Assembly: GCA_965242525.1 (NCBI GenBank)
Contig: OZ251459.1
Coordinates: 2,976,001 to 3,040,000 of the forward strand
Direction: 5' to 3'
Source of the DNA: an uncultured Candidatus Binatia bacterium
GTDB lineage: Bacteria; Desulfobacterota; Binatia; UBA9968; JAJDTQ01
Length of the DNA stretch: 64,000 nt
This document shows positions 49,090 to 59,409 of this stretch, one piece after another. Positions within the stretch are counted from its first letter, which is position 1. Each line of letters starts with the position of its first letter. The translations under genes and the position numbers were made by a program. The notes beneath the pieces are model-generated. The model searched no databases and had not been told where the DNA came from. It saw nothing but the letters and a program-made list of their open reading frames with translations.

Positions 49090-50571
49090 CTGCATGAAGA
49101 AATCGAGCGAGGCCGTGGTGTAGTCGAGCAGCGGTCCCCAATAGATCCCGAGCGCCAGGGTCAGCGCCGCCAGGACGCCCAGCAGCGGGGTCGCGCTTGC
49201 GGTGGCGGCCACGGGTCCGTCATCGGGGCCCGGCTCTTCGAGGAACATGGTCCTGACCACGCGGACATAGTAGTAGAGCGAGACGACGGTGTTGAGGAGC
49301 GCCGCCACCGCCAGCACGTAGAACTGGCCCTCGATGATGGCGGCGAACAGCAGCAGCTTGCCGATGAACCCCGCTAGCGGCGGCAGCCCGGTGAGGGAGA
49401 AGAGGAAGACCGCCATGCACACGGCCGGGAACGCCGCGCCCCGTTGGGCTAGGCCCCGGTAGGCGTCCATGTCCTCCCGGCCCGTGGCGTTGGCCACCAC
49501 CATGACCACCAGGAAGGCCCCCAGGTTCATGATGAGATAGACCACCACGTAGAAGAGCATGGCGGTGAGCCCGTCGTTGTTGAGCACCACGAGACCCATC
49601 ATCACGTAACCCGCATGGGCGATGCCGGAGTAGGCCAGCAGGCGCTTGACGTTCCTCTGGTTCAGGGCGGAGAGGTTGCCCCAGGTCATGGTGACGATGC
49701 TGAGGGCCACCAGCAGGTCGGTCCACTGCACCGCGGGGAACGCCTGGAAGGTCCAGACTCCTTCCTGTCCGAGGGTGGAGACCGCGGGATAGAAGAACCG
49801 GATCAGGATGGCTGCTCCTGCGGCGTTGGAGGCCACCGAGAGGAACCCGGTGAAGGGCGTGGGCGCGCCCTGGTATACGTCCGGCGACCACATGTGGAAC
49901 GGCGCGAAGGCCATCTTGTAGCCGAAGCCGGCCAGGATGAAGACGAACGCGATGAACAGGCCCGTCTGGTTGCCGTCCGCCCCGGACATGGCCGCGTTGA
50001 TGGCGGCGTAGTCCAGGCTCCCGGCCATGCCGAACACCCAGCTCATGCCGTAGATCATGGCGCCGGAGGCCACGCCGCCGTAGATGAGGTATTTCAACGC
50101 CGCCTCGGCCGAGCGCCGGTTGTGGGGCAACATGCCGGTGAGGATGTACGAGGTCAGGCTCACCAGCTCCAGGCCGAGGTAGGCCATCAGCAGGTTGTTG
50201 GCCGAGGCCATGAAGAACATGCCCAGGCCGCAGGTGAGCAGCACGATGTAGTACTCGCCCAGGTGGACCTGGCGCACCTCGCCCGACCCGATGGACATCC
50301 ACACCGCGGCCACCAGCGCAGCCAGGGTCAGCACCTTGAAGAACAGGCTGAAGTTGTCCAGGGCCACCATGCGGTGGAACAGCAGCGTGGGCGGCGTGCC
50401 GTACAACTCCACCGCGGCGCCCGCGGCGGCCAGGCATCCGGCCAGGCCCACGTAGGCCAGGAGCCGCTTGTTGGCCACCGCCAGGTCCAGGATCGTCAAC
50501 AGGATGATGGTCCCCGCGAGGACGATCTCCGGATGGAACAGCTTGAGGCTTGCGAGGTTACCGAGGTCCAT
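49087..50571 (-). CDS. nuoN: NADH-quinone oxidoreductase subunit N
   Basis: EAALKY, PFHMWSPDVYQGAPTP, KRLLAYS, GLPPLAGF. Confidence 0.95.
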   Translation of the reverse strand: MDLGNLASLKLFHPEIVLAGTIILLTILDLAVANKRLLAYVGLAGCLAAAGAAVELYGTPPTLLFHRMVALDNFSLFFKVLTLAALVAAVWMSIGSGEVRQVHLGEYYIVLLTCGLGMFFMASANNLLMAYLGLELVSLTSYILTGMLPHNRRSAEAALKYLIYGGVASGAMIYGMSWVFGMAGSLDYAAINAAMSGADGNQTGLFIAFVFILAGFGYKMAFAPFHMWSPDVYQGAPTPFTGFLSVASNAAGAAILIRFFYPAVSTLGQEGVWTFQAFPAVQWTDLLVALSIVTMTWGNLSALNQRNVKRLLAYSGIAHAGYVMMGLVVLNNDGLTAMLFYVVVYLIMNLGAFLVVMVVANATGREDMDAYRGLAQRGAAFPAVCMAVFLFSLTGLPPLAGFIGKLLLFAAIIEGQFYVLAVAALLNTVVSLYYYVRVVRTMFLEEPGPDDGPVAATASATPLLGVLAALTLALGIYWGPLLDYTTASLDFFMQ

Positions 50572-50577
50572 CTCGTG

Positions 50578-52098
50578 CTACGACAGGTGCGTGACCACCA
50601 TCAGGTTGATGTTGTCGAGCGAAGCCTGGAGCAGGTCGAGCACCACCCGGGGATACACGCCCACCACCACCACGATGACCCCCAACGGGAACAGCGTGAA
50701 GATCTCGCGGCCGTTGATCTCCGGCAGCGACCGGTACTTCTCGTTGGGCGGGCCCAGATAGACACGCTGCATCATCCACAGCATGTAGCCCGCGGTGATG
50801 ACGATGCCCAGGGCCGCGACGATGGTCAGGATGTGGTACTTGGGCCACGCGCCCAGCAGGATCAGCACCTCGGAGACGAACCCCGACAGGCCCGGAAGGC
50901 CCATGGAGGCGAAGAACGCCAGCGCGGTGAACCCGGCGTAAACCGGCATGATGCCGGCCAGCCCGCCGAAGCCGTTGATCTCCCGGTGGTGGGCGCGGTC
51001 GTAGATCACCCCCACCAGCAGGAAGAGCATGGCGGTGATGGTGCCGTGGTTGAACATCTGGAGCACCGCGCCGTTGATGCCCTGGCTGTTGAACGCGGCC
51101 ATCCCCAGCATCACGTACCCCATGTGGCTGACGCTGGAGTAGGCCACCAGCTTCTTCATGTCCGTCTGCGCCATGGCGCAAAGTCCGCCATAGACGATGT
51201 TCCAGGCCCCCAGGGCCGCGAGGAAGTAGAAGGCCAGGTCCGCGGTGGCCACCGGGAGCATGGGGTAGTTGATGCGCAGGATGCCGTAGGTGCCCATCTT
51301 GAGGAGGATCCCCGCCAGGATCACGGAGATGGCGGTGGGCGCCTCCACGTGGGCGTCGGGCAGCCAGGTGTGGAACGGGAAGGCCGGGATCTTGATGGCG
51401 AAGCCGATGAACAGGGCCATCCACACCACGTGCTGGAAGCCCCAGCCCCACAGGTGGAAGGGCCACATGGCCAGGGGCTCGGCGCTGTAGAGGCTGCTCC
51501 GGTCCATGAGTTTCGTCATGTCGAAGGTGTTGGGCTCGGAATAGAAATACAGCGCCAGGATCGCCACCAGCATCAGCACGCTGCCGAGCAGCGTGTAGAG
51601 GAAGAACTTGATGGCGGCGTACTCCTTGCGCGGGCCGCCCCAGATGCCGATGAGGAAGTACATGGGAAGCAGCATGACCTCCCAGAAGACGTAGAAGAGC
51701 ACGAAGTCCAGGGCCACGAACACGCCGGTCATGCCCGTGTCCAGCAGCAGGAAGAGCGCGAAGTACCCCTTGACCCCCTTGTCGATGCCCCAGGAAGCGA
51801 AGATGCACAGGAAGGACAGGAGCGCCGTCAGCAGCACCATGGAGACGCTGAGGCCGTCCACTCCCACGAAGTACTCGATATTGAAGGCGGGGATCCAGGC
51901 GGCCCGCTCGACGAACTGCATGGCGGTGGTGGTGGTGTCGAAGTTGGCGTAGAGCCAGACCCCCAGGATGAGCGGCGGCACGGTGGCCAAGGCCGAGACC
52001 CAGCGAATGAGATCATGCCGTTCCCTGGGCAGGACGAGCACGACGAACATGCCTACCAGGGGGCAGAAGACCATGTAGCTGAGCACGTGATCGGTCAT
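50578..52098 (-). CDS. nuoM: NADH-quinone oxidoreductase subunit M
   Basis: GVDGLS, FWE..LLPMY, PFHTWLPDAHVEAPT, KKLVAYSS. Confidence 0.95.
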   Translation of the reverse strand: MTDHVLSYMVFCPLVGMFVVLVLPRERHDLIRWVSALATVPPLILGVWLYANFDTTTTAMQFVERAAWIPAFNIEYFVGVDGLSVSMVLLTALLSFLCIFASWGIDKGVKGYFALFLLLDTGMTGVFVALDFVLFYVFWEVMLLPMYFLIGIWGGPRKEYAAIKFFLYTLLGSVLMLVAILALYFYSEPNTFDMTKLMDRSSLYSAEPLAMWPFHLWGWGFQHVVWMALFIGFAIKIPAFPFHTWLPDAHVEAPTAISVILAGILLKMGTYGILRINYPMLPVATADLAFYFLAALGAWNIVYGGLCAMAQTDMKKLVAYSSVSHMGYVMLGMAAFNSQGINGAVLQMFNHGTITAMLFLLVGVIYDRAHHREINGFGGLAGIMPVYAGFTALAFFASMGLPGLSGFVSEVLILLGAWPKYHILTIVAALGIVITAGYMLWMMQRVYLGPPNEKYRSLPEINGREIFTLFPLGVIVVVVGVYPRVVLDLLQASLDNINLMVVTHLS

Positions 52099-52120
52099 TT
52101 TCGCGTCTCTCCTATGCTGC

Positions 52121-54151
52121 TCAGCTCCAGTAGCGCAGCTTGATGATCAGTACGGCAACCACCGCTCCCACCACCACGTAGAGGTAACTGTTGATGTTCC
52201 CGGTCTGGACCCTTCGGAAGTTGTTGCCGACGGCGAAGGTGACGTTGGCCACCGCGTTCACCAGCATGTCGATGACGTACTTGTCGAACAGGCCGTTGAA
52301 CCACGAGACCACGGTGGTGACCCTGGCCGACCCGTCCACGATGGTGTCGATGACGTAGCGGTCGAAGGCCGCCCCCACCCGCGCCAGCAGCAGCGTGCCG
52401 CCCACGAACACGAACTGGTAGATCTCGTCCACGTAGTACTTGTTGTCGAGCAGGCGGTAGGCGAAGCCCCCGGGGGCCTCCAGCCGCTCCCGCGCCGGCG
52501 CGCGCACGTAGTACAGGCGCCAAGCCGCCACCGCCCCCACCGCGGCCGCGGCGATGGAAGCGCCCATGACCAGCAACTCCTCCACCACCGGGTGGTGCTC
52601 GTGGTGGCCGTGGATGACCGGGTCGAGCCAGTGGTCGAGCTCGCTCCCGCCCAGGAACGCCGGCAGCCCGAGGTAGCCCACGACCACGGAGCCCGCCGCG
52701 AGGATCCACAACGGGTACGTCATGATCTTCGGGGACTCGTGCAGGTGCTCCCGCACGTGGCGGTCGGCCCGGCATTCGCCGAAGAACACCAGGAAGAACT
52801 GGCGGAACATGTAGAACGCGGTCAGGCCCGCCACGAACACGCCCACCGCCCACAGGCCCGGGTTGTGGCTGGCCCAGGTCTGCCACAGGATGGCGTCCTT
52901 GGAGAAGAACCCGGCCAGGAACGGCGTCCCCGCGATGGCCAGGACGCCGACGGCGAAGGTCCAGAAGGTCGCCGGCATGGCCGTTCGCAAGCCGCCCATT
53001 TGCCGCATGTCCTGCTCCCCCTGCATGGCGTGGATGATGCTGCCGGAGCCGAGGAACAGGCACGCCTTGAAGAAGGCGTGGGTGAGCAGGTGGAAGACCC
53101 CCGCGGCGTAGGCCGCCACGCCCATGGCCAGGAACATGTAGCCCAACTGGCTGATCGTGGAGTAGGCCAGCACCCGCTTGATGTCGGTCTGGGTCACGGC
53201 GATGGTGGCGGCGAAGAAGGCGGTGGCCGCGCCCACCACGGCGATGACCCCCAGGGTGGCCGGGGCCGCGGAGAAGAGCTCGTTGAGCCGCGCGATCATA
53301 TAGACACCGGCCGTCACCATGGTGGCCGCGTGGATCAGCGCGCTCACCGGGGTCGGCCCCTGCATGGCGTCCGGCAGCCAGACGTAGAGCGGGAGCTGCG
53401 CGGACTTGCCGGTGGCGCCCACGAACAACAGGAGGGTCACCAGCGTGGCCACGCTCACGCCCCACAGGTCCATGCCCGCCAGCAGCGGCGCGTGCTCCCC
53501 GATCTCCCGGAAGGCCAGGGTGCCGTGGCCGTGCTCGGTCAGGCTCCAGAAGAGCAGGAAGACCCCCAGCACGAAGCCGAAGTCGCCCACCCGGTTGACG
53601 ATGAACGCCTTGTTGCCGGCCCGGGTGTTGGTGTGGTCGCCGAACCAGAACCCGATGAGCGCCCACGAGCACAGCCCCACGCCCTCCCAGCCCACGAACA
53701 TGAGCAGCAGGTTGTCAGCGGTCACCAGCAGCAGCATGGAGAAGGTGAACAGGTTCAGGTAGGCGAAGTAGCGCCACAGGGACCGGTCCTCGTGCATGTA
53801 GCCGATGGAGTAGAAGTGGATCAGTCCGCCGATGCCGCTCACCACCAGGATCATGATGGCCGAAAGCGGGTCCACCCAGAAGGCCACGTCCACGTTGAAC
53901 GAGCCCATGGGGATCCAGCTATAGAACCGGTCGATGAGGAACCGCTCCTTGGCGTCCAGGGAGAGCAGTTGCGCGAAAGCCCACAGGGAGAGCAGGAACG
54001 ACAGGGTCACCGGGGCGCAGGCGATGGCCGCCACCGCGGTCTTGCCCGCGCGCTCCTGTATCCGGGCGCCCAACAGCCCGTTCACCGCCGCGCCCAGCAG
54101 CGGGAGCAGCACGATCCAGCGCAGAAAGTCGGTTTGAACGGGGTGGTCCAT
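52121..54151 (-). CDS. nuoL: NADH-quinone oxidoreductase subunit L
   Basis: GWEGVG, GKSAQLPLYVWLPDAMQGPTPVSALIHAATMV, THAFFKA. Confidence 0.96.
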   Translation of the reverse strand: MDHPVQTDFLRWIVLLPLLGAAVNGLLGARIQERAGKTAVAAIACAPVTLSFLLSLWAFAQLLSLDAKERFLIDRFYSWIPMGSFNVDVAFWVDPLSAIMILVVSGIGGLIHFYSIGYMHEDRSLWRYFAYLNLFTFSMLLLVTADNLLLMFVGWEGVGLCSWALIGFWFGDHTNTRAGNKAFIVNRVGDFGFVLGVFLLFWSLTEHGHGTLAFREIGEHAPLLAGMDLWGVSVATLVTLLLFVGATGKSAQLPLYVWLPDAMQGPTPVSALIHAATMVTAGVYMIARLNELFSAAPATLGVIAVVGAATAFFAATIAVTQTDIKRVLAYSTISQLGYMFLAMGVAAYAAGVFHLLTHAFFKACLFLGSGSIIHAMQGEQDMRQMGGLRTAMPATFWTFAVGVLAIAGTPFLAGFFSKDAILWQTWASHNPGLWAVGVFVAGLTAFYMFRQFFLVFFGECRADRHVREHLHESPKIMTYPLWILAAGSVVVGYLGLPAFLGGSELDHWLDPVIHGHHEHHPVVEELLVMGASIAAAAVGAVAAWRLYYVRAPARERLEAPGGFAYRLLDNKYYVDEIYQFVFVGGTLLLARVGAAFDRYVIDTIVDGSARVTTVVSWFNGLFDKYVIDMLVNAVANVTFAVGNNFRRVQTGNINSYLYVVVGAVVAVLIIKLRYWS

Positions 54152-54172
54152 GGCGCGGCAACTCGTGAAGGG

Positions 54173-54505
54173 CTAGTCCTTGAGGGTCTCGGTGGCCTCG
54201 ACGTCGATGGTGCTGAAGAGCTGGTAGATGGCGAGGACGATGGCCAAGCCGATGGCGGCTTCGGACGCGGCCAGCATGATGATGAAGACGGTGTAGATCT
54301 GCCCGTCCACGTACCCGGTGCTGAAGTGCGAGAACGCCACGTAGTTCAGCCCCGCGGAGTTGAGTATGAGCTCGACCCCCAGCAGGATGCTGATGGCGTT
54401 GCGCCGGGTGAGCACGATGTAGATGCCCAGGGAGAACAGGACGCCCGCCACCACCAGGTAGTGCTCCAGTCCCACGTCCGCCAGCAGTCCAACGAAATCA
54501 GCCAT
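54173..54505 (-). CDS. nuoK: NADH-quinone oxidoreductase subunit K
   Basis: RRNAI..L..VELILN, AASEAAIGLAI. Confidence 0.93.
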   Translation of the reverse strand: MADFVGLLADVGLEHYLVVAGVLFSLGIYIVLTRRNAISILLGVELILNSAGLNYVAFSHFSTGYVDGQIYTVFIIMLAASEAAIGLAIVLAIYQLFSTIDVEATETLKD

Positions 54506-54520
54506 CTTCCGGAACTCTCG

Positions 54521-55027
54521 CTATTCCTTGATTTCCTTGCGCGACAGCGTGATGGCGCCGATGAGGGCCACCAGCAGCACCACCGCGGCGATCTGGAACG
54601 GCAGCAGGTAGTCGCCGAGGAAGAGGTTGCCGATGACCGCGGTGGTGGGCTCGTAAGCCACCTCCGGGGCCTTGACCCAACGGGTCTCGCCGATGGCGTA
54701 AACCAGGATGCCCAGGAAGACCGCCACCGCCGCCAGCGCGGGGATGCGGCCCACCGTGCGGTTGGTGATCCGGATGTCGCTGATCCGGTGGGTCAGCATG
54801 ACCGCGAACAGGATCAGGACCAGGATGCCGCCCACGTAGATCAGCACCTGCACCGCGGCCACGAAGTCCGCCCCGAGGAACACGTACAGCCCGGCCACGC
54901 CCCCGAACGTGCCGAGCAGGGAGAACGCCGAGTGCACGATGTTGCGCGAGAACGCCACGATGCACGCGGACCCCACCACCACGAGGGAAACCAGGTAGAA
55001 GACAAGGACCTCTATGGAAATCTCCAT
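54521..55027 (-). CDS. nuoJ: NADH-quinone oxidoreductase subunit J
   Basis: NIVHSAFSL, QVLIYVGGILVLILFAVML. Confidence 0.93.
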   Translation of the reverse strand: MEISIEVLVFYLVSLVVVGSACIVAFSRNIVHSAFSLLGTFGGVAGLYVFLGADFVAAVQVLIYVGGILVLILFAVMLTHRISDIRITNRTVGRIPALAAVAVFLGILVYAIGETRWVKAPEVAYEPTTAVIGNLFLGDYLLPFQIAAVVLLVALIGAITLSRKEIKE

Positions 55028-55142
55028 GATCTAAACCACCCTTTTGCCGGGAGGAACGGGAGGGTTGCGCCGTGGTTGCGGCAGGGGCAGGAGCCTGTCC
55101 CGCGAAAAGGTCCTGCGAGTTCTCGACGCGGCCATGGGGCCG

Positions 55143-55685
55143 TCAGCTCGGGTCCGGGTCGGCCACCTCGTCCATGTACCTCTTGCCAATGTCAACCTTC
55201 TGGATCATTCGGGGTTCCGTCTCGCCGCCCTTCTTCGGCTTGTAGAGGGGCGTTTTCTCCGTCACGAAATGCCGCACCAGGCCCGCGGGGTTGTTGCAGG
55301 CGCCCTCGAACTCCTGCGTGTGGCGGATGGAGCCCGTGGGACAGGCCTCCATGCACAGGCCGCAATACATGCACTTGCAGATGTCGATGTCGAACTGGGT
55401 GAAGTCCCGCTGCTTGGTCTCCTTGTTCATCTCGATGCCGATGGCGATGCAGTTGATGGGGCACACCCGCTCGCACGCGAGGCAGCCGGTGCAGATGTCC
55501 ATGTCCACCTCCAGTATGCCCCGGTAGCGCAGCGGCAGTGTAGCCTGCACCTGCTGGGCGATGCGGTCCGGGTACTGGACGGTGGAGGGCTTGCGGACGA
55601 AGTGCGAGAAGGTGATGGTCATGCCCTCGAAGATGCTCTGCACGGTGTCCTTGACGTTCCGACAGTATTCGATGACTCCGTTCAT
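55143..55685 (-). CDS. nuoI: NADH-quinone oxidoreductase subunit I
   Basis: TVQYP, CTGCLACERVCP, CMYCGLCMEACP. Confidence 0.93.
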   Translation of the reverse strand: MNGVIEYCRNVKDTVQSIFEGMTITFSHFVRKPSTVQYPDRIAQQVQATLPLRYRGILEVDMDICTGCLACERVCPINCIAIGIEMNKETKQRDFTQFDIDICKCMYCGLCMEACPTGSIRHTQEFEGACNNPAGLVRHFVTEKTPLYKPKKGGETEPRMIQKVDIGKRYMDEVADPDPS

Positions 55686-55714
55686 GGCGTTTCCCAACCG
55701 TGCGTCAGCGGCCC

Positions 55715-56920
55715 CTATACGTAGGGCTTGAGGTACAGGGCGGGGCGCGAGTGCATGATCTGGTAGATCACCCGCCAGACGAAGTAGAGCGCGACGAGCG
55801 CGGACAGGCCCAGGGTGGCCAGGGTCAGCGCGGGGTTCCCGTCGGGCCAGGCCACCAGCAGCGCAATGGTGCCGAACAGGCAGACGAACGAGATGGGCAC
55901 CATGTACTTCCAGCACATGGCCATGAGCTGGTCCACCCGCACCCGGGGCAGGGTGCCGCGCACCCACATGGCCACGAAGGCCCACAGGTACGCCTTGACG
56001 AAGAAGACCGCGAACTCCAGCACCCCCTTGACCACGGGGTGGTCGGCCATCACCACCCCGAAGATCGTGGCCGGTATCTGCCAGCCCCCCAGGAACAGGG
56101 TCGCGGCGATGGCGCCGATGACGTACAGGTTGCCCCACTCCGCGAAGAAGAAGAACAGGAAGCGCATGCCGCTGTACTCTGTGACGTATCCGGCCACCAG
56201 CTCGGACTCGGCTTCCGGGATGTCGAAGGGGGTCCGGTTGCCCTCGGCCAGCGCCGAGGTGAAGAAGAGGAAGAAGGCCACCAGGGTGAAAGGATGGTAG
56301 AAGATGAACCAGTCCCAGGGCGCCCACCCTTGGGCCTCGATGATCCCCTGCATGCTGAGGGTGCCCGCCAGGAAGATCACCGTCAGCACCGACAGGCCCG
56401 CGGGGATCTCGTAGCTGACGATCTGCGCGGCCGAGCGCATGCCCCCCAGCAGCGACCACTTGTTGTTGGACGACCAGCCCGCCATGAGGATGCCCACCAC
56501 CGCCAGGGAAGTGATGGCCAGCAGGTACAGGATGCCGATGTTCAGGTCCGCGGCGATGAGCCAACTGCCGAAGGGTATGACCACGAAAGCGCCGATGAAC
56601 CCGGCGAAGACCACGTAGGGCGCCAGCAGGAAGAGCTTCCGGTCCGCGGCGGCCGGGATGATGTCCTCCTTCTGGATGTTCTTGACCCCGTCGGCGAGCC
56701 ACTGGAGCACCCCCTGGGGACCCACCCGGTTGGGGCCAACCCGGGACTGCATGCGCGCCCACACCCGCCGCTCCAGCCAACTGGTCACCCCCGCGAGGGG
56801 CGCCACGAAGAAGGACAGCACCGCGAAGGCCACCGCCACGGCCGCGAGCGCATAGCCCAACTCCACCGGCACGGCCCCCGGCAACAACCCCTGCAGAAAG
56901 TCCTGGATGCTCGCGTCCAT
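55715..56920 (-). CDS. nuoH: NADH-quinone oxidoreductase subunit H
   Basis: ERR..ARMQSRVGPNRVG, AQIVSYE, RTPFDIPEAESELVAGY. Confidence 0.95.
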   Translation of the reverse strand: MDASIQDFLQGLLPGAVPVELGYALAAVAVAFAVLSFFVAPLAGVTSWLERRVWARMQSRVGPNRVGPQGVLQWLADGVKNIQKEDIIPAAADRKLFLLAPYVVFAGFIGAFVVIPFGSWLIAADLNIGILYLLAITSLAVVGILMAGWSSNNKWSLLGGMRSAAQIVSYEIPAGLSVLTVIFLAGTLSMQGIIEAQGWAPWDWFIFYHPFTLVAFFLFFTSALAEGNRTPFDIPEAESELVAGYVTEYSGMRFLFFFFAEWGNLYVIGAIAATLFLGGWQIPATIFGVVMADHPVVKGVLEFAVFFVKAYLWAFVAMWVRGTLPRVRVDQLMAMCWKYMVPISFVCLFGTIALLVAWPDGNPALTLATLGLSALVALYFVWRVIYQIMHSRPALYLKPYV

Positions 56921-56924
56921 GGAA

Positions 56925-57060
56925 ACCCGCCCCGTCACTCGAAGCCCGCCCCCGTCATTCCGAAACCCACTCCGTCACTCGAAACCCACCCTGTCACCCG
57001 AAACCCGCCCGTCATTCCCACAGAAACCCACTCCGTCATTCCCGCGAAAGCGGGAATCCA
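56925..57060. repeat. Array of degenerate family A units between nuoD and nuoH
   Basis: About 19-21-bp units CCGTCA(C/T)TC..GAAACCC ending in a full REP. Confidence 0.8.
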
Positions 57061-57103
57061 CTTGCCAGCAGAAAGTCCCGATGCCAGCGTCCATGGAAAC
57101 GGC

Positions 57104-58240
57104 CTACCGGTCGATCTCCGGCGCGTCCACGTCGAGACTGGCGATCAACGCGATCAGGTCGGCCACCATGATCCCCGGACTGATCTTGTCGATGATGCTC
57201 ATGGCGGTGAAGGAGCCGGTGCGGATGCGCACCCGGTAGGGGTACTCGCTGCCGTCGCTGACCACGTAATAGCCCATGTCCCCGCGGGGGGCCTCCACGC
57301 GCACGTAGGTCTCGCCCTGGGGGGGCTTGAACTTGCGCGCCACCTTGGCGATGGCCGGCCCCTCGGGCAACCGCTCGATGCACTGGCGGAGGATCTTGCA
57401 GCTCTCCATCAACTCCCGGATGCGCACGGAGTAGCGGTCGTAGGAGTCCCCCAGGGTCCCCCGCTCGCCCCGGCCCACCGGCACCTCGAAGTCGAGCTCG
57501 GGATAGACCGAATAGGGGATGTCCCGGCGGATGTCCCACCGGACCCCGGAGGCCCGCAGGTTCGGACCCACCAGGTTGTACTGGAGCGCGTCCTCCCGGG
57601 AGATCACCGCGACGTGGGCCAGCCGCTCGATGAAGATCTTGTTGTAGGACAGCAGCCGGTTGTACTCATCGACGATAGGCTCGAAGTGGTTCAGGAACGC
57701 GGTGATCCGGTCGCAGGTGTCGGGCTTGATGTCGTAGCCCACGCCGCCGATGCGGAGGTAGTTGTAGGTGAGGCGGGCGCCGCAGATCTCCTCCATGAGG
57801 TCGTTGATGGTCTCCCGCTCCCGGAGCGCGTGCAGGAAGGGGGTGATGGCGCCGATGTCCTGCCCGAAGGTGCCCACCGCGATGAGGTGGCTGGCGATGC
57901 GGTTGAGCTCGCACGCGATGACGCGGCAGTACTCGCCCCGGGGCGGCACCTCGATGCCCGCCAGCCGCTCCGCGGCCATGCAGAAGCCCTGGTTGGCGAA
58001 CATGGCGGCCAGGTAGTCGGCCCGGTCGGTGTAGGGGACGTAGCCGTGCCAAGTCACCTTCTCGCCGATCTTCTCGATGGAGCGGTGCAGGTAGCCCACG
58101 TCGGGGATGGCTTCGCTGATGACCTCGCCGTCGGTCTTGACCACGAACCGGAGCACCCCGTGGGTGCTCGGATGCTGCGGCCCCACGTTGAGGGTCATGT
58201 CTTCCGTGTGCAAGCGGCTGGCCGCGGCAACTTCGCTCAT
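57104..58240 (-). CDS. nuoD: NADH-quinone oxidoreductase subunit D
   Basis: [36 protein letters not shown]. Confidence 0.95.
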   Translation of the reverse strand: MSEVAAASRLHTEDMTLNVGPQHPSTHGVLRFVVKTDGEVISEAIPDVGYLHRSIEKIGEKVTWHGYVPYTDRADYLAAMFANQGFCMAAERLAGIEVPPRGEYCRVIACELNRIASHLIAVGTFGQDIGAITPFLHALRERETINDLMEEICGARLTYNYLRIGGVGYDIKPDTCDRITAFLNHFEPIVDEYNRLLSYNKIFIERLAHVAVISREDALQYNLVGPNLRASGVRWDIRRDIPYSVYPELDFEVPVGRGERGTLGDSYDRYSVRIRELMESCKILRQCIERLPEGPAIAKVARKFKPPQGETYVRVEAPRGDMGYYVVSDGSEYPYRVRIRTGSFTAMSIIDKISPGIMVADLIALIASLDVDAPEIDR

Positions 58241-58289
58241 GGGTATCGATCCTTCCCGGAGTCCTGGGTCGCGTGAACGGTCCCGGCGG

Positions 58290-58796
58290 TCAGCGCATGT
58301 TCTCCGGCACCAGCGGCTCCCGCTCGGTGCTGATGCCGTCGTACTCTTCCTGCTCCACGAAGTCCTTGCGCAGCGGATAACCCACCCAGTCCTCGGGCAA
58401 CAGGATCCGGCGCAGGTCCGAATGGCCCTCGAAGACCACCCCGAAGAGGTCGAAGACCTCCCGCTCGAACCAGTTGGCGACCTTCCAGACGTCCTCTACG
58501 GTCGCCACCCGGGGCGCCTCCCGGTCGAGGGCGGCCTTCAGCACGACCTGTTGGCGCGTCTCGTAGGAGTAGAGGTGATAGACCACTTGGATCGCGTCCT
58601 CCTTGGGGAGGTCCACGGCCGTCAGGTCCGAGAGCACCTCGAACTTGAGGGCGTCGTCGTCCCGCAACGCGAGGCAGACCGCCTTGAGGCTGGCCGGCCG
58701 GACCTCGAAGAAAGGGTCCAGGCCCTGCTCGTCCAGGTCTCCCACCCCGTCGGGGCAAAGCTCCCTGGCGCGCTCGTGTATCTCCTTTGCGGTCAT
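58290..58796 (-). CDS. nuoC: NADH-quinone oxidoreductase subunit C
   Basis: [30 protein letters not shown]. Confidence 0.95.
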   Translation of the reverse strand: MTAKEIHERARELCPDGVGDLDEQGLDPFFEVRPASLKAVCLALRDDDALKFEVLSDLTAVDLPKEDAIQVVYHLYSYETRQQVVLKAALDREAPRVATVEDVWKVANWFEREVFDLFGVVFEGHSDLRRILLPEDWVGYPLRKDFVEQEEYDGISTEREPLVPENMR

Positions 58797-58818
58797 GCCT
58801 GCCCGGAAGCCCCCGCCG

Positions 58819-59196
58819 TCAGTTCTTCACCCACTCCAGGTCACCCTTGCACCAGTCGTAGATGAGGCCCAGGAACACGATGAGGGTGAAGACCGCGATG
58901 GCGCCGAAGGCGAACAGGCCCGCGTCGTTCTGGAGCCAGTCCCGGAAGACCACCGCCACCGGGAAGATGAAGGCGATCTCCACCTCGAAGATGATGAAGA
59001 TGAGCGCGATGAAGTAGAACCGGACGTTGAAGTTGACCCACGCGCTTCCGGACGCGGGCTCGCCGCACTCGTAGGTGGAGAGCTTCCTCAGTTGCGGGTT
59101 GGAAGGCCGCAACAGCCGCCCGATCAGCAGGTTCACCCAGACGAAACCCACCCCCAGCAAAGTGAAAGCCAGCACACTGGCGAAATCGAAGAGCAT
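58819..59196 (-). CDS. nuoA: NADH-quinone oxidoreductase subunit A
   Basis: KLSTYECGE, FYFIALIFIIFEVE, KGDLEW. Confidence 0.95.
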   Translation of the reverse strand: MLFDFASVLAFTLLGVGFVWVNLLIGRLLRPSNPQLRKLSTYECGEPASGSAWVNFNVRFYFIALIFIIFEVEIAFIFPVAVVFRDWLQNDAGLFAFGAIAVFTLIVFLGLIYDWCKGDLEWVKN

Positions 59197-59409
59197 TCTT
59201 TCCCTTGGCAAGCCGAAGAAATCGGCAATCTTTTCAGGGGCCTACTATATGCACAAAAGCCGGTCCCGGTCAACAAAGGCGACATGGGGGGCCTGCGGCG
59301 CCCTCCATCGACTCCCGGCGAGACCGGGGGGGGCTCGACAAGGATTGGGGTGGTCTCCACCTCGCCGTCTCCTTCGATGGCGGCGACAATCGTCGGCATG
59401 GCTCAGGGA

